Assembly: GCF_006345805.1 (NCBI RefSeq)
Contig: NC_043011.1
Location: 65,794,464-65,858,463, forward strand
Direction: 5' to 3'
Source: Octopus sinensis
Lineage: Eukaryota
Length of the DNA stretch: 64,000 nt
The translations under genes and the position numbers were made by a program. The notes below the pieces were generated by a model, which saw only the letters and a program-made list of their open reading frames with translations, did not search any database and had not been told where the DNA came from. Shown piece after piece: positions 26,684 to 40,796 of this stretch. Within the stretch, counting starts at the first letter, position 1. Every line of letters begins with the position of its first letter.

Positions 26684-27530
26684 GTTAGTTAGTTAGTTAA
26701 TTTGGCTCAAAAGCAAATAGCAAGGCCATGTAGGGGGACATGGAGTTAGGTACAGGGTGGTGTTCATGTAAAGAGTTCAGGCAACTTGAGGTCAAGTGAG
26801 GCTTTGAACAAAGCGGTCGTCGGCATCTTTACCATCTCGTCTGGCAGTTTGTTTCGCGGATCCGCAACCCGGACGTAGAAAGCTACTCTCCTTCGATTGA
26901 GATGAAATCGTCGCAGGTTGAGCTTTTCGGAATGACCCCGCAGCCGACGCTCTGGAGCAGGAGTGAAGAACAGCTCTTTCGAGAGGTTACACTTTCCGCT
27001 TATGATGTTGTGGGCGAGAATGAGATCGACACGGCGGCGGCGTTTTTCAAGAGAATAAAGGTCGAGCGTCCTCAGCCTTTCTTCGTAGGACAAATTTTTG
27101 AGACCATGAACCATGCGGGTAGCCAGATTCTGGACTCTTTCGAGATATTGTATGTCTTTGAGGAGATCAGGAGAAGAGGCTTGAATCCCATACTCCAATA
27201 TGGGTCTCACCAGCGTGACATAGAGTGGTAGGAATATGGCTGCTGTGAGCATTCCGAATGACCGTCGAATCAAGAACAGAATTCCGCGTGCTTTGTTGGC
27301 AGCATGGACGCACTGCCCGAAGGCGAAAAGGAGGAATCCACCAGGATACATAGGTCCTTTACCTGATCGGTCCTCTCCAGCAGCAGACGACCCGGCTCGA
27401 AATCAAGTTGAGTTGCAGGAGTAGAGCCGACAGGCAGATGACAGCACTTTGACACGTTCAGACACAGGTCCCAATTGTTAGACCACTTCCAAATTTGGTG
27501 GAGGCATCGACGAAGATCCTCTATATTACC
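26684..27530 (-). mobile_element. CR1-group LINE 3' fragment
   Basis: LYVTLVRPILEYG...LERVQ...YEERL and a (TAAC)n tail. It splits a GA-rich tract (26290-26683 / 27550-27795). Confidence 0.92.
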
Positions 27531-28518
27531 TATATATCCTCTATATATATAATGAGAACTATATGAGAGAGGGTGAGGTGACGAGAGGAGAGGTAGATGT
27601 GAGATGGAAAGGAAAAGAAATGAGAGAAGAGGAGGATATGAAAGTGGGGAGAGAGATGAGAAAAAGAGTAAGATATGCAAGAGAGAGGGAAAAGGTAAGC
27701 GTAAAGAGAGATAAAGGAAGGGAGAAAGGAGCTAGTAGTGGGGGAGTATATGTAAGGGAGGAGAGAGGTGGTAGAAGAGGGTGGGGAAATGAATGAATTA
27801 TTTAATTCTAAACTAATTACGATTATTTTCTCAGTCGTTAACTTAAATTACAGGAAAATAAACAAATGAAAAGGATTTTTAAATATTAGTTTTATAGAGA
27901 TAGAAGGAATTTACGGTAAAATTATGATTATTATATTCTAGCTCAGTCGTAGCTCACAGGAAAAAAACATACGAAAATAATTTCTAAATGTTGGTTTTAT
28001 AGAGATGAAATGAAAGATAGATTGAAAGCGAAACAGAAATTGAAAGTAAGTTATCTCAGAATGTAAACAAAGATGGCGTCGTAAATCGTAACTGAGACGT
28101 TAGCTTACATTAAGGAACATAAAAAATAATAAACAAAAATATGAAACGATACTTATCGTAAAGGGTACAGTCCAAACTCTCGTGCTTGTACGAAGAAGTT
28201 TTCTTTCAAAACAGAAAGGAGAACATTTTTTTCCTTCTTACATTTGGTTGGAGATAAATTAAAGACTTGCCACCACGTGCTTTTCGGCAAAGAATGTAGC
28301 TTGTGTAACTAAATTTAATGTCTTATATTTCGTTTCAAGCGAAATATATTACGTTCTTAATTAATATATTTTTAATTAATGCATTTTAGTAGATCGTTAT
28401 GAGTTAACATGTTCTAGGTTTTTTTAGATTTAGTAGATTATTTCGTCGATTTATGCAAATCTATCTGTTTTTTCACAGAGCAAAAGCAAACGCGTCTTTC
28501 CTCTACGAAAACCGGAAG

Positions 28519-28630
<112 letters not shown>

Positions 28631-28969
28631 CAAAAAACAACTTTTAGATTAAATCACGATGTTGGGACTATAAACTTTAAGCTTTATTTACCACATTCAT
28701 GCACAGAAAAATACGTACATACGCACATACATACACTGATAAATGAACTCTATATCATCCCAAGGAATTTCTCCACTATATAGATGTAACGTGCATGCAT
28801 GTACATAACAATGTGCTTGGATCTACATAAATATGTGTAAAGAGACACATAGAAATCTATACTTAATCACACAATAGTTATTCTAAACACACATCGATGG
28901 GTATATTTGTACAACATATGATAATACGCACACACATATATCGAATCACACACACAAACGCACACAAAC

Positions 28970-29425
<456 letters not shown>

Positions 29426-30641
29426 TTTTATGATATATTATATTATAATAATCTCTGTATATATAAACAAATAAATAATATATAATGAATTAATACGGAA
29501 AAGTGAATAAATTAAAAACAATGAAAATAATTATGCTAGAAAGGAAGATAGTGATTAGATTAGAAATTTAAAAAATCAGTGCTATTTGAGAATGAGGGTT
29601 AAGAATTATACGACGTTATGGTTCTGTGTTGTTATGTATGCAAATGGATAGAGGAAAAAATATGTCATACAATATGATTTATACGTTGATAAAGGAAGAA
29701 GATGAAACGATAAAAATTAGTTTTGGGATGTGAATTATTAGTGGCATTTGTAATATTTAAGAGTGTGAAAACGGGAGAAAACGACGACGTATTAAATTAA
29801 ACAATAGTTAGGATAAAAAATATAATATGTTCATCGGCGATAATATATAGTTGTAAATTTTGCTCCAGTGCAAAAGAAAAAATAAAGGATTATATACGAC
29901 GATCAACGTATTTATTTATATTAAGAATTATGGATTATAGTTTACTACGATGCATTAGAGTTAAGTAGTATGCGCACCGGCTTAAATATATATACAGAAA
30001 AATAAAACTGTTCGGAAGAATACACTGCTTAACTATAGCGAATAAACATTGTAAAAGGATAGCGGATAATTGCAAAGGGATAGCGGATAATTGCAAAAGA
30101 ATAGCTGGTAGTATTCTAGTTCAAGTTCTAATTAATATGTGGTATATAGATAGAATAACGATCTAAGTGAATTTAATGGTAGAAAATGAACAACAAAATG
30201 TGATATCAATAATACCCAAGTGTTTGGAAGAAGGAGAGAAACATAGCAACGCTCTCGCTTAAATATTGTTTATAGTAAACAATATTTAAGCTTAAATATT
30301 TATTGTTTACTATAAAACACATTAATAACTTGATAAGTGGAACACATATGTATTATATATTCAAAGTTAACCAAGATGAGAACGAAAAACAAAATGAAGA
30401 ACGCGGTGATATAAATTCTATATTTCTAATTACATGTTATGGTAATTCACTGAGCTTTAAATTCATTAGTACTGTTAAATAATAGCTTTCAAATATTGTC
30501 ATCTTTTTGTAACATACAAATAGATTAACAGCATCCATCCATTCACCATTTACTTTCTATTGTTTCCCCCCCCCCACATATATATATATACATATATACA
30601 CATATATAAATACTACATGCATATATATATGAATATATATA

Positions 30642-33228
30642 GGCGCAGGAGTGGCTGTGTGGTACGTAGCTTGCTTACATGTTGCTTCTGCGCATGTGCG
30701 AGTCAGTGTTGTGTTTGGCACTAATGCGGTGAAGACGTGCTTTCGAAGCCTCCTTGAATTGAAATATTTTGAAGCCCCATTGTAAGGTAAGATTCTGTTT
30801 TCTGGATCCAGTTGAAATTTTTGTTGAACATTGTTTTTTACAGGCAGGAAGTCCTACTGGATCCAGAATTCTGATTCTGCCGACATGGGACAAATATATT
30901 TTTCTCGCTGAATTGTGAGATTTTTGGGGGGCGTATTCGTCTTCGATAATTGAGTGAATATTTTTCTCACCTAATTATGAGAACTGTATTGTGCTGTGAA
31001 AAACTTTAAGAATTGTGAGAACTGCTATATAGGGGAGTGTTTTGCCTCCGAAGTTTGAACAATTTTTACCAATATTTGTGGAAGTTGTGTTCCAGTTGCG
31101 GCGTTTCGGGTTCAATTTAGGTCGGGAGTACCGAATGCCCAGAAGGTTTTTTTCTGTGTTATTGAATTTCTTTTGAACTTTATTTGATTTTCTTTCGATT
31201 TTGAATATTTGAACTTTACGTGACTTTCTTTTGATTTCGTTTTTACTCGCTTTTTAACTTGTATTTTGAATAAATTAAAAAAAAAACAAAAAAAAACATG
31301 GCAACGAAAAATGACAAAATTTTGGAATGGGAGAATATACTGCCTAAAAAGAAGTTAAAAGACCGTGAAGATAGGACGGTGGTGTTGAGAACCTCCTCCA
31401 AGGCACTCGACACCATCACCCTGTTCGAAAAGACGGCAATTGAAAAGGAGTTGGCAGAGTATTTGCCAACAATTAAATTCATTTCCAGGGGTGTCAGATA
31501 TGCAACGTTGTGGTTGCTATTTGACACCCCTGAAGAGGCTTGCAAATTTGCTAGTAAACCCCTGGAGAGTAAGGACATTTTATTTCTGCCCACGCATCAT
31601 GGAAAGAGATTGATGAAAGCTTGGATCTGCGGGCTGCCACCCGGGATAAAACCCGAGTGGATAGAGGAGACTATCCGCCGGGTCTGGGTGGCAGCGGAAC
31701 TAAGCTTCATAATGTGAATGTTCTTCCTGCGGCTGTTTGGGTTGGATAAAAAGCAATTTTGACCCTTTGGACCCAATCATCAAATCTAGTTCTTCCAGAT
31801 TTTTTTTAAATGGCCGGGTGCAGGTACCCGGTGATACTTGAGGGTCGCCCCCCTAGGTGCCATCGGTTCTTGGAGTCCGGCCATTTAAAGAAAAACTGTC
31901 CCCGGGAACAAAATAAGATCTCGGAGCAGTTACGTGAAACCCCTGTAGAAGAGGGAATGAAGACGGCCGAGGAAGCGGAGGACTCGTCAAACAGGGGCCG
32001 AAAGAGGACGATGGTGAGCAACAATGGTTGCTCACCAAAGGATACTAGGGATGAGGATGGAAAGGCGAATCTTCCGGCCATGGAGGAGACGCACCATCCC
32101 TCAGTTGAAAAGAAAAAAAAAGAGAAAGAGGAAGAGAAACGGGACATTACCGGCAGTCGGTGACATAGTACCGGAATGTCCCGGAACTACGTCGGTTGGG
32201 GTTGTGCCACCGACAGGAGAAGAAACACCGTTGGCGGGAACTGTGCCGCCAACGAAAGAATTGAATATCCCGCCCCCGAGGAAAACGATGTATTGATCTT
32301 CTATATAGAGGCGGAGATGTTGAAAAGCTGATGGGAATGCACCATAAGGGAACACCTTTAGCCTTCACACAGGACCTCGAATGGCCTCCACATGTAGCTG
32401 GGGAGGCCGAGGCGTCCGACGTGACACTTGGGCTGAAGGAGCTCAATGAGGATTATTGCTTGTTCCCGGGCGACGCTAACACGGAACTCGATTTGGTTCT
32501 GAGGGAGACGTGTTGGTTGGCGGAGGGTGCGGGCAAAAGTTATCTTGAGGATGAGTCATAAACATTTGATCACAGGCGCTTCGCTCTCTTTCTACCCCCC
32601 CCCCCGGCTGTCAACGTGATCTGCTCTGCAGACGGCTAGATATCTGACTGGAGGTCCGGAAAGAGGAGGAAGTGAAAAGTGATAATGTATTTTTATGTTT
32701 GATAGGACATGTTTAGATACGACTTGAGGGGCCCCGACCTAGAGCTGGCGTATTCCTAAGGGAAGTGTAAGCCAGGTCTGGGAGGAGTGGCTTTGTGTAT
32801 TGTATTTATATCATATGTAATTATTGAAATATGTTGTTGTTAGTAGTGGACTGTTAAGTCCAAAAATTGAAATTTGTAAAAATTGTAAGAGGTTTAATAC
32901 CTCGTTTTGTGTTTGTTTTTAAAAGAACAATGTTTTAGAGAAGCAGAAGTCGGCGGCCACTTTTTGTCTTCTCCCATCCTCATCATCTTTCTTTCATTAT
33001 CATTCATTTCATTAATGTCCTCGTCCAGCCCGCAAAGCTAATTTATTCTATGTACTGCCTTTTTGGCAAATGTTATGAAAAAAAGTAGCTTGCTTACCAA
33101 GCGCACGGTTCCGGGTAGAGTCCCACTGCTTGGCACCTTGGGAAACTTTCTTCTGCCATAGCCTCGGGCTGACAAAAGCTTTGTGAGTGGATTTGTTAGA
33201 CGGACACTGAAAGAAGCCCGTCGTATAT

Positions 33229-33302
<74 letters not shown>

Positions 33303-33540
33303 ATGTGTGTGTGTGTGTTTGTATGTCTCTGTTTGTCCCCCCAACATCCCTTGACAACCGATGCTGGTCTGTTTACGTCCCGGTTACTTAGCGGTTCGGC
33401 AAAAGAGACCGATAGAATAAATACTAGGCTTACAAAGAATAAGTCCTGGGTCGATTTGCTTGACTAAAAGGCGGTGCTCCATCATGGCCGCAGTCAACTG
33501 ACTGAAACATGTAAAAGATTAAAAGCGAGTAAAGAGTAAA
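30642..33540 (+). mobile_element. tRNA-derived SINE split by a nested insertion (halves 30642-30678 and 33085-33540)
   Basis: The SINE head stops at gtagcttgcttac and resumes with the same 13-mer at 33085. Confidence 0.9.
30679..33084 (+). mobile_element. ORF1-only non-LTR element (L1/Tx1-like ORF1) with 13-bp TSD and oligo-A end
   Basis: ORF 31298..31717 is RRM-like (LLFDTPEEACKF...ICGLPPGI) and 31810..32163 has a zinc-knuckle remnant (CHRFLESGHLKKNC). No endonuclease or RT seen. TSD gtagcttgcttac. Confidence 0.8.
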
Positions 33541-33607
33541 TATATATACATATATATACATATGTATATATATATACGCATACAAATACATATATATATA
33601 TATATAT

Positions 33608-35983
33608 TAATCAAAATAAAAACATGATGCCAAGGATTCAGCGGTACATATGTTTCGGGCCTTTATTAGACGAATTTATAACAATGCATAATGTGCGTCT
33701 GTGGCCTTCTTCAGCCGCGTACAACTACTTCTTCAAGGACATGTGTTACATCAAAAATTCTTGGTTGGGGATGCAAATCCTCTCATTCGCGGACGACGTA
33801 ATGCGGCAACAGCATGAAAATGAAGCGTCCATCTCGTTCTTCTCTCAATGTAGAATGAGGAAATTTGGATGTTGAAGTAATGTAAATACATTAATAAATA
33901 AATATATACATATATAAATATATAAATACAGACAGACGTGAAGGAACCTGGTAATAAGAGCAAATAGAGATAAAGATAAAGATGGAGGGGCGAGAATTCA
34001 GGACGAAGGATAAAAAATATATAAAAAGTGTAAGTATAGAAAAATATAAAAATGTAGAGTATAAAGATATAAAGTGATATAAAAAATATAAAAAAATATA
34101 AATGTGTATAAAGGTATGAAGTTATAAAAATAAAAATTAAAATTAAAAGTGTAAAAGAATATAAGGATAAGGGATATATAGTAGTTACGGACCAAACATG
34201 GTGGTCAGGAAAATGACAAATTCTGGTTGTAGAAGTCTTGGGTGTCATAAATCAATCGGGGTGTCTGGGGACCTAGTGTATTGTAAATTAGAGATGTTGA
34301 GCAGCTTATCTAGTTCTTCGTAACGTATTAACTGGTCATCGTGTACATACGCCCTCGCATGGATACATACACCCATATACACGCGCACATATACGCACGA
34401 CACATACACACACGCGCACATACGCATATAGATATACACACAACAGAATATGTATATATATACACGGGCAATATACATGTACATATATATACACACACAC
34501 ACACATACGCATATACATATACACACACACATATGCATACATATATATGCACATATATACATATATACACATATGCATACACACAAATATACACACGCCC
34601 ATACCCGCACACGCACATATATATATGTGTGCATACATGCACACCCACGTGTGCATGCATACACGCATACATATATACACACGGACCCATGCACACGTAT
34701 CCACACGCACACACACACACATATGTGTGTCCATACGTGCGTGTGCGCATACACTTTGATACGCATACACAGACACCCACACATATAGGTATAGATATAA
34801 GATATTAAGAGATGTATAAAAAATGTATATAAGGAATCTACAAACGCATGTAAATAAACGGACCCACGCACAGGTGTCTGCACGCACGCGCACACACATG
34901 TGTGTCTATACCTGCGTGTACACATACACTTACATACACATACACAGGCACACACACATATAGGTATAGATATAAGATATTAAAAGATGTATAAAAAATG
35001 TGTAAAAAAATATGTGTAAAAATATGTATATAAGAAATCTACAAAAGCATTTTAAAAAATTATTAAAGTATAACGGGGGGGTACACATCTAGACACAGAT
35101 ATTTACTCATACACACGCATACACATGTATATACATACATACACAGACATACGTATAATCATAAAGCGGATACATGGATAAGTAAATAAGGAAAAAAAGC
35201 TAAAAATAGACCTATATAGAGATATAAAGTGATAAAATAGGGGTAAAAATAGGAGTAAGAATAAGGGTAAGAATAAGAATTAGAAATAAAAATAAGTAAT
35301 ACGATATAAAAATTAGAAACAAAGTATAAAATTATAAAAACTATAAAAATTAAAATAAAAAATGAAAATAAAAATAAGAATAAAAGTAAAGTAAAATAAA
35401 ATAGGATAAAATAAAATAAAAATGTAATCGGGTAAGGCTAAACATGAGATGAAGGTAAAAACAAAAGGTAGTTGGAAATGTAAAATTATAGGTGTGTGCT
35501 AAAGGTGACCACGTAGGGGCGGGCGGGGGGAACTGAAAATTGGAAGGGTGGGACGCGGGGTTTGGTGGTGTGCGCTCAACATCAGAGTTAGAAATGGAAA
35601 AAGGCATCGATATAGGGAAACAAAAAATCTAGATACGAAGAATGTAGGTGTAGGAGAAGAAATATATAGGAAAAAACATATATGGGAGACAAAATGTGTG
35701 TATATAGGAAAATATATATATAGGAAAACGGGATGCGCTGGAGCCGACAGGTTGCACTAGGGTGGGAGGAAATTGCAAAGGGGAGTTGGTATAATAGCCT
35801 AAGTTTTGTAGTAATTGAAAGTATAAATAAGTTTGTGTATACAAGATGGCTTGAACTCTGACCTTTTGTTAATAACATTGTGTTTCTCCTTGAATTTCAA
35901 GATATTCAGGAGTTCTACACAACATAGTTGGCGTCCTGCTCTATTTTTTAAAAAAGGTGCAGCTGATCGGATGATGGACCGCC
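33608..35983 (-). mobile_element. Apparently non-coding hammerhead-bearing element between (TA)n tracts
   Basis: Flanked by TA repeats, with internal CA/TA-rich and A-rich low-complexity tracts and an intact hammerhead near the minus-strand 3' end. Boundaries inferred. Confidence 0.5.
33641..33718 (-). ncRNA. Type I hammerhead ribozyme
   Basis: Minus strand: gcgg CUGAAGA aggcc..agacg...cgucu..ggccc GAAA cauaug UA ccgc. All core nucleotides and stems are present. Confidence 0.85.
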
Positions 35984-36056
35984 ATATATATATATAAATG
36001 CATGTATTGAATATTAGCTATTAGAGCTCCTGTTAATGAAATAATATATTACTCAC

Positions 36057-36096
36057 GGCTAATGAGAAGTGCAATAGAAACGAGTCTCCTCATCAT
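36057..36096 (-). CDS. Gene C exon 1 (signal peptide): MMRRLVSIALLIS (40 coding nt, phase 1)
   Basis: Kozak gccATG and donor C|gtgagt. Same coding length and phase as gene B exon 1. Confidence 0.78.
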
Positions 36097-36494
36097 GGCG
36101 TTCCCAATAAAATGGTAGCTCTGAATGTGTATGTTTCACTTCCTTTTCAGTTTCTGCTTCCTCGCTTTACTTCCTCCTTACTTTATCGCAAACCATTCAA
36201 TATATGGCAACAGGTGGTTCAGTCAGCAAGTAATTTCTTATATTTTTTCTCCGTATGTATTGTCCAATATTTGACACTTTTATAGTATGTCTGAGAATTT
36301 AGAACAATTGTCCATTATCTTTAAGCTAATTATAATGGGGCTCTGCTAGTATGGGCTCAAATATATATTTGTTCAATTCCTATTGAACAGAATATTGCAG
36401 AGTTTCACAGTTTAAAGCTGCATATTTGCAGAAATTACATTTAATTATATTATTTACATTTGATGGATATTTGTCCTCATCTTGTTTGTTATTA

Positions 36495-36538
36495 GCACAA
36501 CGTTTCGGCTGATATACCTTCGAACCTTCATCAGGTGT
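36495..36538 (-). ncRNA. Minimal hammerhead in a short Penelope-type repeat (about 36440-36560)
   Basis: Minus strand: cac CUGAUGA agguu...agcc GAAA cg UU gug. Confidence 0.7.
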
Positions 36539-36633
36539 CTTGGGGAAATTTAGAATACCATATTCCCGCGGGCATAAGGCGGACTGTTTAAGAGCGCGGG
36601 CCCCAAGATTCTGAATTCGATTCCAGAAAGTTT

Positions 36634-36637
<4 letters not shown>

Positions 36638-36732
<95 letters not shown>

Positions 36733-36755
36733 TATAATTATTATTATAATTATAA
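36638..36755. repeat. (AAT)n switching to (ATT)n
   Basis: Direct inspection. The switch makes the tract self-complementary. Confidence 0.95.
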
Positions 36756-38266
36756 TGAGCAGGAACAAACCTATAAATACCTAGGAATGAATGAAGGCTC
36801 TGGTATCCAGCATGCAATCATGAAAGAGAAGGTTAGGAAAGAATATTATAGAAGAGTTCGAGCAGTTCTGTATCTGAGCTGAATGCATATAATAAGGTGT
36901 TAGCCATAAATTCCTTAGCAGTACCAATTGTTCTATATAGCTTCAATGTGCTTAACTGGAATACCAGTGAAATAATGAAAATTGACAGGAACATCCGCAA
37001 GCTACTGACTTGTAATAAGATGCACCATCGAAAGGCAGACATGGATCGCCTTTACCTTCCCTGAGCTCAGGGAGGTCGAGGTTTGATCCAGCTTGAGCTT
37101 ATATACAAAACCACCACAATATGACTGGTTAAATACCTGGAAGCAACCAACGATTGGACGCTAAAACATGTTGAAAAACATGAAAGACCTAAAGAACTTC
37201 CCTCTATTCTCAAAGAGAGCAAAAAATTCGCTGCTGATCTCTTAGATACCCACCAGATTGATCAGACTGAAGGAAATACGCCAATTGCAGCTGCAAAGGA
37301 AATAAAATTAATTGCAAAGACATGAAACTTTAGCTAGCAGATGGGAACAGAAACCTCTCCATGGCAAGTATGTGGCCCGTAGCAAACAAGCTGATGTCGA
37401 CCAGAAACACATGCACCAATGGTTACGAAGCGCAGGGCTAAAAACAGAGAGTGAATGTTTCATATTAGCTTCTCAAGACCACAGCTTATTAACCCTAAAC
37501 TACCAAGCCAATGTGATGAAAAATGGAGCTGACCTAAAATGCCGATTCTGTAACGATGAGATTGAAACAATAGACCACATAATCTTAGGGTGTAGTGTCT
37601 TAGCACCTGCAGAATATAAAGCAAGACATGACAGAGTCGGCCAGTATTTACACTGGACAATATGTCGGCATAATAAAATCAAAACCGCTGACAAATGGTA
37701 TAAACATCATCCTGAAGCTGTGACTGAGGGAGAAAATGTGTCGGTTCTATGGGACTTCCCCGTGCAGACCGACAGACTATAAAAGCTAATAAACCGGATA
37801 TTATTATAAAAGGTCAGACAAAAAGGATGTGTTTATTAATTGACATGAGCATTCCCTATGATCACAATATAGCGGCGAAAGAATTTGACAAGATTAGTAA
37901 ATATAAAGACCTGCTAATAGAAATTGAAAAAATGTGACATCTCAAGGCGACTACAGTACCAGTGATTGTAGGATCTCTAGGAATAATAAAAAAAAGGTAC
38001 TAAAACCTATTTGAAAATGATTCCAGGCTCACCATCCCTACAGGAGGTGCAAAAAATCGTATTAACTGGAACGGCTCATGTACTGAGAAGAGCACTATCG
38101 CTATGAAAACAACATCCAACCATGAATTTATTTATTTATTAATTTTGAATACATATTTTATCTGTGAATTTGCTTGTGTAATCTGGGAATGCATACAATG
38201 CCCTACTCTGCCCTAGGTGTACGGAAAACACTCGGCGAAAAACTGAAGAAAATTTGAAGAAAGAAG

Positions 38267-38359
<93 letters not shown>

Positions 38360-38375
38360 TGATGATGATGATGAT
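36756..38375 (+). mobile_element. R4/Dong-like non-LTR 3' fragment with (AAT)n tail
   Basis: YKYLG, KPLHGKY, SECFILASQD, CRFC...ETIDHII.GC, RHDRVG, NKPDII and KYKDL motifs (CCHC plus restriction-like endonuclease). Confidence 0.9.
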
Positions 38376-38413
38376 TTACCTTAGTAATGGGAAACCAGGT
38401 CCGATTTTCTCGA

Positions 38414-38459
38414 GACACCTGATGAGGGCTGTAGGATAAATTAACCGAAACATCGTGTT
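38414..38459 (+). ncRNA. Minimal hammerhead in a short Penelope-type repeat (about 38385-38550)
   Basis: gacac CUGAUGA gggcu...aacc GAAA ca UC guguu. Homologous to the 36495 copy, in opposite orientation. Confidence 0.65.
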
Positions 38460-38849
38460 AAAAACAATCAAGATGAAGATTAATATCCGTCAATTCTAAA
38501 TAAGTTAAACATTGTACATAATTCTTCTTTTTTTAAATATAGAAGTGCATTACACAAATTCAATCAAAGCGAATCAAGAAAATAATTACTTCGATGTTTT
38601 GTTTACTACATAGCACATGAAATGTACTCTCCCCTCTGCAAAAACACCAAAGCGATACAGTAAAGTATATTTTTGGAGGGTGAATGTTATGCCTTCCCAT
38701 AAGGTGACCCTTTGTTTTGCACTCAAAGTGTGCTTATCATAACCATTTCAATCTGATGTGTCGCCGATACTACCAAGAGATTTATAGGTGCCAAACCAAT
38801 GGTCATTCTTTATCCGGCCATATATTGTAACTTCTCACATTTGTGTATA

Positions 38850-38918
<69 letters not shown>

Positions 38919-38959
38919 GTGTATATAATCTATCCCTACATTTTGAATTATCTTAGAAG

Positions 38960-39690
38960 ATATCACCCACACTGCTAACTGAATATACCCTTTGAATAAA
39001 TCGAGAGGAAAATCAGCGAAAATAATTTTATTGATAAATTTGAACCCAAGCTATATAAGCAATAATAATAATAATACTTAGATAGCAGGAAAATTATCTT
39101 ATTTAGGGTTAAAAGTTCTATTGCCACCACCATCACCACTAGCAACAATAATAAAGGTGCTGACAATGATGATGATGGCAATTGAAATATAAAAATATAC
39201 AAATCTCTGACAAAGGATATTTACAACATTTCTAAAAATAGCCCAACAATTGCTGCCAGGGTTAAGATACAGGACTCTTGACATGTCAAACAAAGCGTGA
39301 CGCCTAAACCAATCAGCTCAACCAACCAAACAGCTTAAGTAATTGAGTGATACTACACACTGATTGGTCAAAATACAGTTTGCAAAACCTAGCAATCTGG
39401 AGCCTACACAGCTGTATTTAAGGCACAGATTCAATCATCTCGCTACAGTAAAAAATTGTGAAGCATGACTGTCACCACTACTACATGACCCTGAAGATTG
39501 CAGAATTTAATGCATGAAAGTATTAGTTCAATCAGAATGAACATTTAACATTCTATTATTTTATTTTATTTTATTATATTATATTATCTTATATAATTAT
39601 AAGATTGTAAATAAAACGTGAAAATCAGACAAGGTTGGAATTCCTTTTATTAATATATTCTCCTATACAGAATCACAACCACCCGTATAT
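38960..39690 (+). mobile_element. Penelope-like 3' end / pseudo-LTR, second copy
   Basis: Co-linear with 20040-20860. Hammerhead CUGAAGA ttgca..tgcat GAAA gtat TA at 39486-39530. Confidence 0.75.
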
Positions 39691-39692
39691 AT

Positions 39693-39789
39693 ACTCTTTA
39701 CTCTCTTTTTACTCTTTTTACTTGTTTCAGTCATTTGACTGCGGCCATGCTGGAGCACCGCCTTTAGTCGAGCAAATCGACCCCGGGAC

Positions 39790-39790
<1 letters not shown>
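39693..39790 (-). mobile_element. SINE 3' tail fragment
   Basis: cttgtttcagtcatttgactgcggccatgctggagcaccgcctttagtcgagc matches the SINE 3' end. Confidence 0.85.
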
Positions 39791-40115
<325 letters not shown>

Positions 40116-40796
40116 TTCATACATAAAATGTGCTCCCGTAAATATCATTACACCATAACAAGATACTAATCAACAATGTTGATTTTAGAAGCTTGGAAAA
40201 TGCCGAAAGAAAAACACTATCCAGGAAATTCCTTGGTTGCTGCATTTCATTTGGTTTGTGTAATCTTGCTTAGTAACACGCACAGATCTTCACAAGCGTG
40301 TGTATCTATTTATGTATCTATGTATCTATGTATATATGTGTGTGTGTTTGAGTCTGTGCGTGTGCGTGTGTGTATGTGTATGTACATGTGGGTCTGGGGT
40401 GTGTATCAGCGTTTATCTTCATAGCAAAAGTATTACGATGCCCAAACCAGTTTTTCACCACGAAATGCAGTTACAAATAACATAGGAGATGGAAGATAAA
40501 GCCAAATTCTAATTCATATCTCGTGAGAAGAGAATGCACTTTTAGGTGTAAAAGCCATCTTTAATGTGTCTTTAGATGCTCTCACTAAAGTTGAGTTTGG
40601 TGTGTGTCTACAGAATTGACTTCTGGATTTTATATGCTCGTAATTGGCAGGATTTCGATGTTTATTTTGTATCCATTTAAAGTAGGCATCAGGAATGTAT
40701 GTCAAAAGATTAGTTTAAAAGCATGAAATATTCAGCAAACAAACGTTGATAGAAAATGGCTTGATTATAGACAATGGCAAATAAAAACATTAACAA

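Noticed and set aside
34245-34955. Cys/His-rich ORFs
   Set aside because: Artefacts of a CA/TA dinucleotide tract.
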